Under the pieces are notes generated by a model that was not told the DNA's origin, ran no database searches, and saw only the letters and a program-made list of their open reading frames with translations. From the NCBI GenBank assembly GCA_963677925.2, contig CAXXYH010000004.1:128001-192000 (forward strand): DNA of 64,000 bases, written 5' to 3'. Numbering within the stretch: the stretch's first letter is position 1; each line of letters begins with the position of its first letter. Shown in pieces: positions 19,920 to 30,082 of the stretch. Position numbers and translations under genes: made by a program. This stretch comes from Spirochaetia bacterium. GTDB lineage: Bacteria > Spirochaetota > Spirochaetia > UBA9216.

Positions 19920-20303
19920 TCAGACTGTGATATCTACAGACAGGGCACTGACATCAACAGGGGTTCCATAGATGTTTTTTTCCGTCTTGAGGGCATTAAC
20001 CAGCTGTTCACGGTAACTGGTAATTAAACTGTCCAGATTAGATTTTTCTGTGTTTCGGATCTTGACATCAGCCTCACCCTCACCTTTCAAAAGCTTCAGG
20101 CGGTCAATCATATTGTCTATGGATCTAAGCTGATTGATAGTGTATGCGGGAAGGCTACTGCTTCCGGTGATACCGGTTATATGCTTGAAATGCGCATAAA
20201 CCTGACCGGTCTGAACAGGGAGAGCTATTCTGCCGGTTCCAACCTGTGCACGAACAATCTGAGATAAAGCTAACGATTGTCTTGAAATATTCTGTACTTC
20301 CAT
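19920..20303 (-). CDS. hypothetical protein (possible sigma28-regulated)
   Basis: 127 aa ORF between dksA and the membrane gene, preceded by a sigma28-like promoter. Confidence 0.7.
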   Translation of the reverse strand: MEVQNISRQSLALSQIVRAQVGTGRIALPVQTGQVYAHFKHITGITGSSSLPAYTINQLRSIDNMIDRLKLLKGEGEADVKIRNTEKSNLDSLITSYREQLVNALKTEKNIYGTPVDVSALSVDITV

Positions 20304-20316
20304 CGCTCTGTTAAAT

Positions 20317-20343
20317 TTATCGGATTAACAGAAGCGGAGTTTA
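20317..20343 (-). promoter_or_regulatory. putative sigma28 (FliA) promoter
   Basis: Minus strand TAAA-N15-TCCGATAA against consensus TAAA-N15-GCCGATAA, 13 nt upstream of ATG 20303. Confidence 0.55.
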
Positions 20344-20357
20344 GAAGTTTAGTATAT

Positions 20358-20714
20358 TTACCTGTTTCTTCTTTCGTCAGATGATTTACATTCAATACAC
20401 ATCAATGCGTAAGGAATAGCCTTGAGCCGCTCCTGCGGGATCTTCTTATTACACCTCATACAAAGACCATAGCGTTCATTGTCAATTCTTGAGAGAGCAG
20501 AATCGATAAGCCTTAGTCTTTTGACATCATTGGAGCTGAGAGTTTCAAGAGTATTACGGTCAATGTCATCTGCGGCTATGTCCGCGAGGTCCTTGGGCTG
20601 CTTTGCTTTCACAATTGCATCAAAATCATCGCTTTCGGACATGAGACTTTTTACGATTTCCTCTTTCTGCTTGAGAAGTTCGTCTTTCATCTCTTCTATA
20701 AATACTGTGTCCAT
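20358..20714 (-). CDS. dksA: DksA/TraR family transcription factor
   Basis: DLADIA coiled-coil tip, YGLCMRC..RLKAIPYALMCIEC zinc finger. Confidence 0.93.
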   Translation of the reverse strand: MDTVFIEEMKDELLKQKEEIVKSLMSESDDFDAIVKAKQPKDLADIAADDIDRNTLETLSSNDVKRLRLIDSALSRIDNERYGLCMRCNKKIPQERLKAIPYALMCIECKSSDERRNR

Positions 20715-20778
20715 AGTTACCTCGTTAACATTTTAGTTACGCGGAAATATCCATGATATAAGCAAAAATGTCAACTGG

Positions 20779-20807
20779 TTGACAAAGGATTCTTATTCAC
20801 TTAGTAT
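20779..20807 (+). promoter_or_regulatory. sigma70 promoter of infA
   Basis: TTGACA-17 nt-TAGTAT, back-to-back with a minus-strand TTGACA (20769-20774) facing dksA. Confidence 0.7.
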
Positions 20808-20831
20808 TCAAATAACTTATTTGGAGGTATT

Positions 20832-21050
20832 GTGGCTAAAGAAGAAGCTATAGAAGTCGAAGGAATTGTGAAGGAATCACTTCCTAACACGATGTTCAGA
20901 GTAGAACTTAAGAATGGACACGTTATTCTTGCCCATCTGTCAGGAAAAATGCGTAAGCATTATATTAGAATTGTCCCCGGTGATAAGGTCCGGGTTGCTC
21001 TTTCACCCTATGATCTTACCAGAGGAAGGATCATCTACAGGGAACGTTAG
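20832..21050 (+). CDS. infA: translation initiation factor IF-1
   Basis: [38 protein letters not shown], with GGAGG RBS. Confidence 0.99.
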   Translation: MAKEEAIEVEGIVKESLPNTMFRVELKNGHVILAHLSGKMRKHYIRIVPGDKVRVALSPYDLTRGRIIYRER

Positions 21051-21051
21051 G

Positions 21052-21417
21052 TTATTTAATCAGAACCCAGGTTGCTCCGCTCCCGCCGAGATCACGCGGA
21101 GCAGTACCGAATGTTCCGGCGTCATTACATCTTTCAAGAAATCTGACAACCTCATCTTTCAGAACAGGCTTTCCGGCAGAATGATATCCTTTCCCGTGTA
21201 TGATAAGGACTTTTTTAAGACCGTCCGATTTGGCTTTTGAGAGAAAAGCTGAGAGCTCTGACCGGGCTTCAGCGGCAGTCAGACCATGAAGATCGAGTGA
21301 GCGCTGGGGCTGCATTTTTTTCAACTTTCCCGCAGAGACCGGCGGAGTTTTGCGGAGGGGTCTGTTTTTATCTTTATCTTCCGGCGGATACATATCCAGC
21401 CAGGCATCCATATCCAT
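21052..21417 (-). CDS. Smr/MutS2 domain protein
   Basis: LDLHG, IIHGKGYHS, GGSGATWV. Confidence 0.93.
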   Translation of the reverse strand: MDMDAWLDMYPPEDKDKNRPLRKTPPVSAGKLKKMQPQRSLDLHGLTAAEARSELSAFLSKAKSDGLKKVLIIHGKGYHSAGKPVLKDEVVRFLERCNDAGTFGTAPRDLGGSGATWVLIK

Positions 21418-23381
21418 CAGTCAGCCCTGTCCAGTCTGATCTTATTCCTGTTTATCCAGCCTTGTATTCCGTCACCTGTTTCAATAAGTGTAAAGACACC
21501 TGACTCATCCTCCAGACGAACCGGAACTCCCTGACCTACTCTCAGCCAGTCACCCGCTGATTCATCCGGAATCTTTTTAATATATACATCCTCGGGTATA
21601 ATTATCCCGGTAAGCTGGTTCCTGCTTATATGGCTGTAAACCATGAAACCTGCAGAAAGAAGGACTACCGCCGACATCAGGATTATGATAACAGCAGGAG
21701 TTCCGCTTTGTACCACCTTTCTGAGAACGAAACCGACAGAAAGCAGATTAAATGAGAGTATCAGAACAAAAAAGAATATATCAGGATGATAAGGAATTGC
21801 CGGAGTTACCGGGTTCACAAAACCCAGTTTATCCTCAAGCCAGTCCAGAGCATTTCTGTACTGGCTGTTCAAGGGATCAGTATACACTGCAAGTCTGAGC
21901 TCATGCAGGGCCGATGTATATTGATGTTCCTCAATCCGATCCAGTGCATTGTTATAATAACTGACGGTATTCCCCGGCGGTATACCCACATCCTTACTGC
22001 TGAAAAATGAATTTGTCACAGAAACAATAACAACCATAACTATTACGGTTATAACAAGACTGATAATCAGACGCCGGCCTTTAACAAAAGAGAACAGTAT
22101 CAGAAAGAACGGACCAGGAAGAAGCCAGAGGTAGAATTCAGGCTTTAAATAGAATGATTTCCAGCGGAGCCCTCTACCCTCATCTTCAATCTTAACAAAG
22201 GGCATCATCTCAGCTTCTGCAGCTTCACCTGCAGCCGGAACGGGGCTAACAGCAACCGTGAAATTTTCTGATTGGATATTGACTACTCTTCCTGAATCTC
22301 TGTCCAGGTATGGAAATTCCGGGACACGCACCGATGCTGTTCCCGGCTCTTCTGCGGTATATATATACTGTACAGTTTTACTTCCGGTGTAACCGGTTGC
22401 AGTGTATGAATATTCAGGGATTTCTTCAGTTGAGACAAGTATAAGCCCCTGAACTTCCGGATCAGGGATTTTCATAAAATTCTGGTTTCCGGTACCGCTG
22501 ACTCTGCATGTAAGCCTGATTTCATCACCGGTATAGATTTTATCTGAAGAGATTTCAGATCTTAGACTGAACCTGCCTACAGCACCAGTGGAAAGTATTT
22601 CCTCGGGGATAGGAAGAATATCAAGATTAAAATCTGAACTCCATCCGGTAATTCCGCCCTGGTCTACTCCTGCAGCCGGGATGGTAACACGTCCGGAAAC
22701 CGGAGATGTGAATATAAAGGCTTCGGCTGGGATATCGTAAAGGACGATATCACCCGTTTCAAAAATAGTTATCTCACCAAGGTCTCCTGCCTGTTCAAGA
22801 AAACCGTCCCTTGGTGTTGCCACCCTGGTCCGATCGAAAATAGAGACAGTTTCCTGATTCCTGACCATCAGAAACAATGGTATGGCCTCTCCCGCATATA
22901 TTCGCTCAGCCGGAGTAGTCCACTCTACCTCAAGGGGCATATACAGTTTACGGTTAGCGTAGAGCCCTACCCTTATAAGAAGGGGCTCGGTCTGCATTAC
23001 ATATGAGCCGGCAGTTACTGTAAGCGAAGGAAATACCTGTCTGCCGGATTTGACAGCCCTGAAGGTTGTCGTAATTCTAACCTTTCGTTTTACATCATCC
23101 TTGCTTGTGGATTCTATAAAGCTGCGCATGTAGGGACCGCGCCATCTAGTAAAATCAGAGGTAAATTCATCGAGATCAAGATCTACTTCAAGAGCATTAT
23201 CCCAGTCGACAATAATAGTAAGGGTGAAAATATCTCCGCGTCCGACAGGATTGGGCTCAATCTCTACACTTTCAATCTTTGCCTTCGGACGCTGGTCATC
23301 CGGAAGGAACCGTGACTGTGCGTGAAGTCCGAAAGCGACAATAACTGAAAGCAAAAGAATTAAAGAAAGTTTTTTAAGCAT
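21417..23381 (-). CDS. batD: BatD-like protein with C-terminal SH3b (BatE-like) domain
   Basis: Signal peptide, beta-sandwich repeats (TGAVGRFSL, VSGTGN), TM segments, C-terminal GIQGWI. Lies in the bat operon. Confidence 0.8.
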   Translation of the reverse strand: MLKKLSLILLLSVIVAFGLHAQSRFLPDDQRPKAKIESVEIEPNPVGRGDIFTLTIIVDWDNALEVDLDLDEFTSDFTRWRGPYMRSFIESTSKDDVKRKVRITTTFRAVKSGRQVFPSLTVTAGSYVMQTEPLLIRVGLYANRKLYMPLEVEWTTPAERIYAGEAIPLFLMVRNQETVSIFDRTRVATPRDGFLEQAGDLGEITIFETGDIVLYDIPAEAFIFTSPVSGRVTIPAAGVDQGGITGWSSDFNLDILPIPEEILSTGAVGRFSLRSEISSDKIYTGDEIRLTCRVSGTGNQNFMKIPDPEVQGLILVSTEEIPEYSYTATGYTGSKTVQYIYTAEEPGTASVRVPEFPYLDRDSGRVVNIQSENFTVAVSPVPAAGEAAEAEMMPFVKIEDEGRGLRWKSFYLKPEFYLWLLPGPFFLILFSFVKGRRLIISLVITVIVMVVIVSVTNSFFSSKDVGIPPGNTVSYYNNALDRIEEHQYTSALHELRLAVYTDPLNSQYRNALDWLEDKLGFVNPVTPAIPYHPDIFFFVLILSFNLLSVGFVLRKVVQSGTPAVIIILMSAVVLLSAGFMVYSHISRNQLTGIIIPEDVYIKKIPDESAGDWLRVGQGVPVRLEDESGVFTLIETGDGIQGWINRNKIRLDRAD

Positions 23382-23974
23382 TACCAGTCCCGGACCCCTT
23401 TTTCAACTTCCTGTTCTTCAACAGGCTGCCAGGTGCTTGAGTCCTTTCTTTTTATAAACTCAAGAACGCGCCTTATCTCGTCCGAAGTTTCACCTGAATC
23501 CGATGTAGTAGCTGATGAGGCTGAAGATTCTACAGGGTTATTGTTTGCCGACATCCTTCGAAGACTGTATTCCAGATTAATCTTGGCATCCATATCACCG
23601 GGGTTAATGATCAGCGCATTTTTGAAATCTTCAAATGCTTCAGTATATCTTCCCAGCTCAAAATTAAGAACACCGCGGTTATAAATTGTTCTAAACAGAA
23701 CATCATCATCCAGCGAGCGTGAGGAGTTTTCCCACTCCGTCATAGCTGCAGGAGCCTCACCGAGGGCATAATAGACTGTTGCCAGATTATAACTTATATA
23801 ATCAGAGTACACCCCTCCCTGCAGAGCCCTCAGGTAAGCGATATTAGCACTCTGGTAGTCTCCCCGGGCAAAATCGTTGTTACCGTTCCAGACAGAGTAA
23901 AAAACTCCGGGATCGGCACAACCGGAAACCATCAGAACAAGAACTGTTATGATTATCAGAAAATATTTTTCCAC
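23381..23974 (-). CDS. batC: BatC-like TPR lipoprotein
   Basis: Lipobox VSGC, YNLATVYY, YNRGV, AKINLEYSL, C-terminal RDW. Confidence 0.8.
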   Translation of the reverse strand: MEKYFLIIITVLVLMVSGCADPGVFYSVWNGNNDFARGDYQSANIAYLRALQGGVYSDYISYNLATVYYALGEAPAAMTEWENSSRSLDDDVLFRTIYNRGVLNFELGRYTEAFEDFKNALIINPGDMDAKINLEYSLRRMSANNNPVESSASSATTSDSGETSDEIRRVLEFIKRKDSSTWQPVEEQEVEKGVRDW

Positions 23975-24945
23975 TTAACTATCCTTACAATTACAGACAT
24001 CATCAGGCCGGCAAAGGCTATGAGAAGAAAAACCCTGTATCGATCACGGGTTTTAATCACAAAGCCCTTCTGTTCGGCTTCACTTATTTCATCACCGGAA
24101 GAAATTCTGATAAGCTCGGAGACAACTCCTGTCTCAGAAATATTGTAATAACCGCCGCCCGTAGAGTCTGAAAGTCTGCGTAGGTTTGCCTCATCAAGTC
24201 TTGTGAGCACCCGATTGCCGTCCGGATCGGTCAGAAAACTGCCGTCAGCCGCAGGAATTCCACCACCGGAGACCGTGCCCGTACCTGCGGAATATACCGT
24301 TACCTCAGAAGATAGGGCATATTCAATTGCATTCTCTGCACTCCCGGCAAGGGCTTCACCGTCTGAAAAGAGCATAATTACTTTTTTACGTTCTTCTCCG
24401 CCTGTGAATGAATCTACAGCCTTCCTGATTCCATCTTCTATATCACTGCCGGGACTTGTAAGCAGCGAAGTGGATATCTGCTCCATAAACTGGCTTATAG
24501 TCTGGGTATCTTCGGTAAGCGGAATTATACGTATTCCCTGCCCCTTGAAAACAACCACACCGAATCGGCCGGATTCAGCGCTTTCACAGATATTCTGGAC
24601 TACCCTTGCAGCCCGTTCAAGCCTTGAAGGTGCTGTATCCTCGGCATTCATACTCTCGGAAATATCAATGAGAAATATTGTATCGGTACCTGTTGACTCG
24701 AAGCTGACCGGGTACTCATTGCCCGGAAAACCGAGGAGAGCCAGGATTGAAAACGCTATAAAAACCACAGTTCCGAGGGCTGAGAAAAAGTACTTAATAG
24801 AATAGAGATTGTAGAATTCCCGGCCGCGCCACCGTCCGGCGACCATAAGAACATCCCTGCGGCCGCAGAAGAACCTGTACACAAGCAGGGCAACCACAGG
24901 AACAAGAATCAGAAAGAGCCAAGCCGATTCAGGATTCTTCATCAT
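23956..24945 (-). CDS. batB: vWA domain protein BatB
   Basis: DISESM MIDAS, PSRL, PLTED, FSDGE, TRLDEANL. Confidence 0.88.
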   Translation of the reverse strand: MMKNPESAWLFLILVPVVALLVYRFFCGRRDVLMVAGRWRGREFYNLYSIKYFFSALGTVVFIAFSILALLGFPGNEYPVSFESTGTDTIFLIDISESMNAEDTAPSRLERAARVVQNICESAESGRFGVVVFKGQGIRIIPLTEDTQTISQFMEQISTSLLTSPGSDIEDGIRKAVDSFTGGEERKKVIMLFSDGEALAGSAENAIEYALSSEVTVYSAGTGTVSGGGIPAADGSFLTDPDGNRVLTRLDEANLRRLSDSTGGGYYNISETGVVSELIRISSGDEISEAEQKGFVIKTRDRYRVFLLIAFAGLMMSVIVRIVKWKNIF

Positions 24946-25946
24946 CAGAGAACCTCCCTCAGAAGCAGCTTCCTGATAAACAGATCGATGCTGATCAGAA
25001 TAAGAGCAAGAAGAATCATTCTTCTATAGCCGGGTTTGGCCGTTGTCTTAATTTTTACGCGTTTCTCGCTGCTTTCAAGCGAGTCTATATGGCTTATAAT
25101 ACTGTTAAGGGCAGTAGTACTGGGAGCATAGAAGTAGTGGCCGCCGGTTTTATCAGCAATCTCCGAAAGAAGGGCTTCATCGAAATCACTGTTAAACTGT
25201 CCGGTGATTATCTTACCGGTTTCACGATCGGTATATTCTATAGGAACTTCTCCCCTTGTTCCGATACCAATTGAGTAAATCTTGATTCCCATCTTAGCAG
25301 CAATATCTGCAGCTGTTGAGGGTTCAATTTCTCCTGCGTTGTTTTCGCCATCTGTTATGAGAATCATTATGCGTTCATCCGCAGTACTGTCTTCCATATG
25401 TAAAGCCGCTATCGCGATCCCAAGCCCTACAGCGGTGCCTGAGCCGAGTTCCATCATCTCCAGCCCCTCAAGCTCATTCATGAAGCCGTCGTAATCAAGT
25501 GTCGGCGGGATTCTCAGGGCGGCCTGGTCTGCGAATGTAACAAGTCCGACAGGATCGTGCTCACGGGCATTTACAAATTTCCGTATTACATCCTTTGCCG
25601 ATTCAAATCGGTTAACCGGTGGAAAATCCATAGCCGCCATACTGGGTGATTCATCAAGAATGAATACGATATCGGTTCCCCGTGACAGATAGATCTTTTC
25701 ACGTTCAACATACGACGGCCCTGCCAGAGCAAGAACAAGACATACACAGCCTGTCCAGAAGGAAACAGTTGAAACAAACAGCAGGAATTTCAGGAAATGA
25801 TTTCTCGACGCAAAGCTGCTGCCCTTCCATATACCTGTCGCAGCCGGGATAGTTCCTCCGCGGCCTTTGTACATGTATCGGAAATAGATAAGAGGAAGAA
25901 AAAGTGTGAGAAGCAGAAGGTACGCAGGACTTTCAAATAACCACAT
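24945..25946 (-). CDS. batA: vWA domain protein BatA
   Basis: DESPSM, GTAVGLGI, ITDGENNAG, KIYSIGIG, FDEALL. Start set at MWLFESP, with GGAGA RBS upstream. Confidence 0.88.
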   Translation of the reverse strand: MWLFESPAYLLLLTLFLPLIYFRYMYKGRGGTIPAATGIWKGSSFASRNHFLKFLLFVSTVSFWTGCVCLVLALAGPSYVEREKIYLSRGTDIVFILDESPSMAAMDFPPVNRFESAKDVIRKFVNAREHDPVGLVTFADQAALRIPPTLDYDGFMNELEGLEMMELGSGTAVGLGIAIAALHMEDSTADERIMILITDGENNAGEIEPSTAADIAAKMGIKIYSIGIGTRGEVPIEYTDRETGKIITGQFNSDFDEALLSEIADKTGGHYFYAPSTTALNSIISHIDSLESSEKRVKIKTTAKPGYRRMILLALILISIDLFIRKLLLREVL

Positions 25947-26829
25947 GCTTTTTCTCCGTTTCATCCATAATTGATTCTATATCTTCAGCAAACTCGCGCA
26001 CTGCAGCCAGATCGCTTTCTCTTCTCTGAATCATTACCCGTTTTCCGCCGAATTTTACCTCATCGGAAAAACTGAAAAGTTCCGCAATTTCATCAAGGCT
26101 GGCGGTGTTCATGAAATCAACATGAATCATCCTGGAGCCTTCCGCAGCGGTAGCGGCACTGTAATCAATGGTACCCTTTTCAGAGAGGTAGACCCTCAGT
26201 TCATCGATAAGAGTAGTGTAAAACTCGTTACCCTTGAGTTTTCCCGCGGAATCATCCAGATCTTTGAGAACCTTCATAAGGCGGTTATAGGGCCGCTTCT
26301 TCCTTTTATCATTGATAAACGAAACAAGTCCATAGCGCAGGCGGGTCCAGAAAAGAATGATAACCAGGGGGAGAACAAGGACGAACCCCACTATTATAGC
26401 AATATAATAGGTTGTTCCCGGAAGCATAAGCGGTCCGTTAACAGGGGCGAACTCGGCTCCGGTCTCATCAAGCAGCGAATTGATCTGAATCTTGATATCA
26501 CTGAGTCTCACATCACCAAACTGAATTGTAGGAAGGGTCCTTATTCCTGACGCGTAGGGTCTCAGAAAAACTCTCAACTCGTACTTATCCTCAGTCTGAA
26601 ATACATCGGCATTTTCAATCTTTATCCAGTAGGATTCAGGCAGGGTCTCAGGTTTTGAAACAACAACTCCTGCGGCAGGCCTTATGACAACTCTCATTTC
26701 AACAAGGTCGCCAACGTAAAAATCCTGCGGCAGAAAAACTACCTTCTCATTAGTATAATTCTTTTCTGCTGAAACAATTGAAGGCAGGAAAAGCAGGGCG
26801 GCAGTCAGCAGAACGGCGAATTTTCTCAC
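25933..26829 (-). CDS. bat-operon membrane-anchored protein
   Basis: Signal peptide, beta domain, TM and C-terminal helical DEVKFG domain. Occupies the usual position between DUF58 and batA. Confidence 0.75.
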   Translation of the reverse strand: MRKFAVLLTAALLFLPSIVSAEKNYTNEKVVFLPQDFYVGDLVEMRVVIRPAAGVVVSKPETLPESYWIKIENADVFQTEDKYELRVFLRPYASGIRTLPTIQFGDVRLSDIKIQINSLLDETGAEFAPVNGPLMLPGTTYYIAIIVGFVLVLPLVIILFWTRLRYGLVSFINDKRKKRPYNRLMKVLKDLDDSAGKLKGNEFYTTLIDELRVYLSEKGTIDYSAATAAEGSRMIHVDFMNTASLDEIAELFSFSDEVKFGGKRVMIQRRESDLAAVREFAEDIESIMDETEKKHVVI

Positions 26830-27698
26830 TTACGCTTTCTCCTTTTAAAGAAGGAAAGCAGGGCCTTGGCAGGGTCCTCTTCGGTATCAATTACAAGTGT
26901 GTCAATTCCGCGCCTCCGGCATTCACGAAGCCAGAAAATATGATCTGTAAGCCAGAAATCCATATAATCATTGCGGTAGCTGTTCGAAAACCCGAAAGAG
27001 TTTCTGACACGTCCGGATTCCATATCCTTTAGTTCCATCAGTCCGGTTGAGGGAAATTCCCTGTCTGAAGGATCTGTTATTTTTACCGCTATGAGGTCAT
27101 GCTTTTTGGAGAGCATTGACATCTGGCGCAGGTTTGAAGGCGATTTAAAGTCAGAAACAAGGACGCAGATACCGCGGCGTTTAAGCGACTGTTCAACGCA
27201 GGCAATTGCGAGGGCAATATCAGACCCTGTTCCCTTCGGCTGAAATGAGGCTATATCCTGAACAAGCCGCATCAGGTGGTTGCGGCCTTTCATAGGCGGA
27301 ATCCACTTTTCAATACGATCGGTAAAAAAAACAGCTCCGACACGGTCGCTGTTATGCACGGCGGAATGAGCAAGCAGCGCTGAAATAAGGGCGGCAGCAT
27401 CGCCTTTTTTAAGTGAACCTGAACCGGTCTGAAGCGAAGCTGAAACGTCAATCATTAAAAGAAGAACCATCTCCCGTTCCTCGCGGAAGGTTTTGACGAA
27501 GGGGCTGCCCATTCTTGATGTAACATTCCAGTCGATGGCTCGAATATCGTCACCGTCTGCATACTCGCGGACTTCATCAAATTCAAGTCCGGGGCCACGG
27601 AAGACCGAACGGTAGTTACCCGAAAGGAAGCCTTCGACAAGCCTGGCTGAGACAAGGGGGATGTTTCGTATCTGTGAAAGTAACTGGAGGCTGTCCAT
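26826..27698 (-). CDS. DUF58 domain protein
   Basis: SVFRGPGLEFDEVREY..GDDIRAIDWNVTSR..REERE..DVSAS. Confidence 0.93.
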   Translation of the reverse strand: MDSLQLLSQIRNIPLVSARLVEGFLSGNYRSVFRGPGLEFDEVREYADGDDIRAIDWNVTSRMGSPFVKTFREEREMVLLLMIDVSASLQTGSGSLKKGDAAALISALLAHSAVHNSDRVGAVFFTDRIEKWIPPMKGRNHLMRLVQDIASFQPKGTGSDIALAIACVEQSLKRRGICVLVSDFKSPSNLRQMSMLSKKHDLIAVKITDPSDREFPSTGLMELKDMESGRVRNSFGFSNSYRNDYMDFWLTDHIFWLRECRRRGIDTLVIDTEEDPAKALLSFFKRRKRK

Positions 27699-28675
27699 CA
27701 GGGAACGGGAACCACCTTCAGAAGCCTTGAGATTACGGCATCGGCTGTTAATTCCTCGGATTCGGCCTCATAGGAAAGTACAATTCTGTGCCTTAGAACA
27801 TTATACACAACGTTCTTTACATCATCGGGAATAACATAGGAACGGCCTTCAAACATTGCCTGAATCTTTGCACAGCGGTAAAGGTAGATACTGGCCCTTG
27901 GTGACGCACCGAATTCGATGTATTTTGCGTAAGGAACAGCAATCTTATCCTTTTCTCTGGTAGCGGCTGTTATGGCTACTATATATTCCTCTATTCTTTC
28001 ATCAATTTTAATCTTTGCAGCAACCTTTCTCAGATCCTTCAGTGCAAGCGGAGAAAGAACCTTTTTAACCGGAATATCTGTTTCCTCACCGACAGTTCTC
28101 AGAATCTGCAGCTCCTCCTCCGGAGTCGGGTAATCAATCTTTAGTTTAAGAATAAACCTGTCAAGCTGGGCTTCCGGCAGCGGGTAGGTTCCCTCACTTT
28201 CAATAGGGTTCTGGGTAGCAAGAACGAAGAAAGGTTCGGGCAATTTATAAGTCTGACTGCCTATTGTAACCTGCCCTTCCTGCATGGCTTCAAGCAGTGC
28301 CGACTGAACCTTTGCCGGAGCACGGTTAATCTCATCGGCAAGAACAATATTGGCGAAGACAGGACCCTTTCGAACCACAAAGTCGCCGCTCTGCTGTTTG
28401 TATATCATTGTACCGATAATATCTGCGGGCAGAAGATCGGGGGTAAACTGAATTCTTGAAAAAGATGAATCGATAACCTCTGCAGTGGTTTTTACCGACA
28501 GGGTTTTTGCAAGCCCCGGAACACCTTCAATAAGAACATGCCCGCCGGCAAGCAGGCCCATAAGGATACCGTCTACCATATCCTTCTGACCTATAACTCT
28601 TGCGGCTATCTCTTTCCGGCATTTATCAAGCTGCGTCTGCGCTTTCTCAATTATTACATCAATATTATCACTCAT
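27698..28675 (-). CDS. moxR: MoxR family AAA+ ATPase
   Basis: GVPGLAKT, RIQFTPDLLPAD, DEINRAPAKVQSALLEAM, LPEAQLDRF. Confidence 0.96.
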   Translation of the reverse strand: MSDNIDVIIEKAQTQLDKCRKEIAARVIGQKDMVDGILMGLLAGGHVLIEGVPGLAKTLSVKTTAEVIDSSFSRIQFTPDLLPADIIGTMIYKQQSGDFVVRKGPVFANIVLADEINRAPAKVQSALLEAMQEGQVTIGSQTYKLPEPFFVLATQNPIESEGTYPLPEAQLDRFILKLKIDYPTPEEELQILRTVGEETDIPVKKVLSPLALKDLRKVAAKIKIDERIEEYIVAITAATREKDKIAVPYAKYIEFGASPRASIYLYRCAKIQAMFEGRSYVIPDDVKNVVYNVLRHRIVLSYEAESEELTADAVISRLLKVVPVP

Positions 28676-28684
28676 AGACCATCC

Positions 28685-29971
28685 TCAGGTTCTGTAGTCG
28701 GCATTCTCGCTGACATATTCATGGGTAAGGTCGCTACCCAGAACTGTTGCGTTTGAACTGCCCAGTTTCAGTTCCACTTTTATTTCTACTTTTTCTTCAT
28801 GCTCGGGATATCCCGTAAGCGCGGGATCCTGCCCCTTTTCATTGAGGTATTTTACAAGCCTGAGCTCTTTTTTTGAATCGAGTCTCAGACAGCCCTCAGA
28901 AAATATTATCTCACCGCCGAGTGTAATTCTTACATCGTTACGGTTTATTTCTATATTATTGTTTCCGCAGTAGTCTCCGATTGAGGAAGCCAGTCTTCCC
29001 ACATTGGGGTCATTGCCTGCAACTGCCGTTTTTACAAGCGGAGAATTGACAACAGCCTTGCCCACAGCAACTGCAGTTTCAGTGTCAGGAGCTCCCTCTA
29101 CAGCAACCGAAATAACATGCCCGGTTCCTTCACCGTTACGTACTATATCTTCGGCAAGTTCTGCACAGACCTGATGCAGAGCCTCTCTGAATTTTTCGAT
29201 ATCGGTACAGGGCTTCATACCCGAGCTGACTGCAATTACCATATCACTTGTACTCTGGTCGCTGTCAACGCTTATCCGGTTAAAGCTTTCCGTGGCGGCC
29301 CCCGGAAGCATTTCACGCAATGATTCACGGTCAATTGCAATATCTGTCATTACAAAACAGAGCATTGTAGCCATGTTGGGCTCAATCATGCCTGCTCCCT
29401 TAGCAACGGCGGTAATCCGTCCGCCGAACAGCTTACGGGTACGGAGCTTTGGAAAACGGTCGGTTGTCATTATGCCCTCGGCCAGAGCAACAGCATTTTC
29501 ACTGCCTTCACCAGCAATACGATGCAGCTCAGGAACTGAAGCCTGCATGGCGGCTACCGGCAGTCTCCATCCGATAACCCCTGTTGAAGAAGTCATAACT
29601 TCCTTAGGATCGCAGCCGATTGATCCGGCAACAGCGGCAGCCATGGCTTCGGCATCTGCCGGTCCTGATTCAACACAGACGTTGGCAATCTTGTTATTTA
29701 TCACAATAGCCCGAAGCGACGGTGATTTCAGCCTCTCTCTGCACATAAGAACAGGAGCTCCGGGAAATTTATTCCTGGTAAAAACTCCGGCAAATGATTC
29801 TGCAGGCCGGTCGAGGAGGATCATGGAAAGATTCATCTTCATTTCATCGTCGGTATCAAGCTCTTCGGGTTTAAACCTTATTCCGAGCCTTCCCGTTTTG
29901 AAACCTTCAGGTAAATCTGCTTCAGATATCAGTCGTTTCAGGTAAGGGGATTCGGTAATTTTTTTTTCCAT
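28685..29971 (-). CDS. argJ: bifunctional ornithine acetyltransferase/N-acetylglutamate synthase
   Basis: STGVIG, IMTTD, KGAGMIEPNMATML, DSDQSTSD, GSDLTHEYVSENADYRT. Confidence 0.96.
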   Translation of the reverse strand: MEKKITESPYLKRLISEADLPEGFKTGRLGIRFKPEELDTDDEMKMNLSMILLDRPAESFAGVFTRNKFPGAPVLMCRERLKSPSLRAIVINNKIANVCVESGPADAEAMAAAVAGSIGCDPKEVMTSSTGVIGWRLPVAAMQASVPELHRIAGEGSENAVALAEGIMTTDRFPKLRTRKLFGGRITAVAKGAGMIEPNMATMLCFVMTDIAIDRESLREMLPGAATESFNRISVDSDQSTSDMVIAVSSGMKPCTDIEKFREALHQVCAELAEDIVRNGEGTGHVISVAVEGAPDTETAVAVGKAVVNSPLVKTAVAGNDPNVGRLASSIGDYCGNNNIEINRNDVRITLGGEIIFSEGCLRLDSKKELRLVKYLNEKGQDPALTGYPEHEEKVEIKVELKLGSSNATVLGSDLTHEYVSENADYRT

Positions 29972-30082
29972 CCATAATTTATATAACAGCAGAGACAGGC
30001 TTTCAAGGTAGTACAGCCTATATTCTGAAACATAGCCTAAGTACTGTTTATTTTAAATGCCCTCAATGATAGAATACTGCCT

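Noticed and set aside
24203-24805. 200-aa plus-strand ORF
   Set aside because: Antisense shadow of batB with no motif.
29292-29945. 217-aa plus-strand ORF
   Set aside because: Antisense shadow of argJ.
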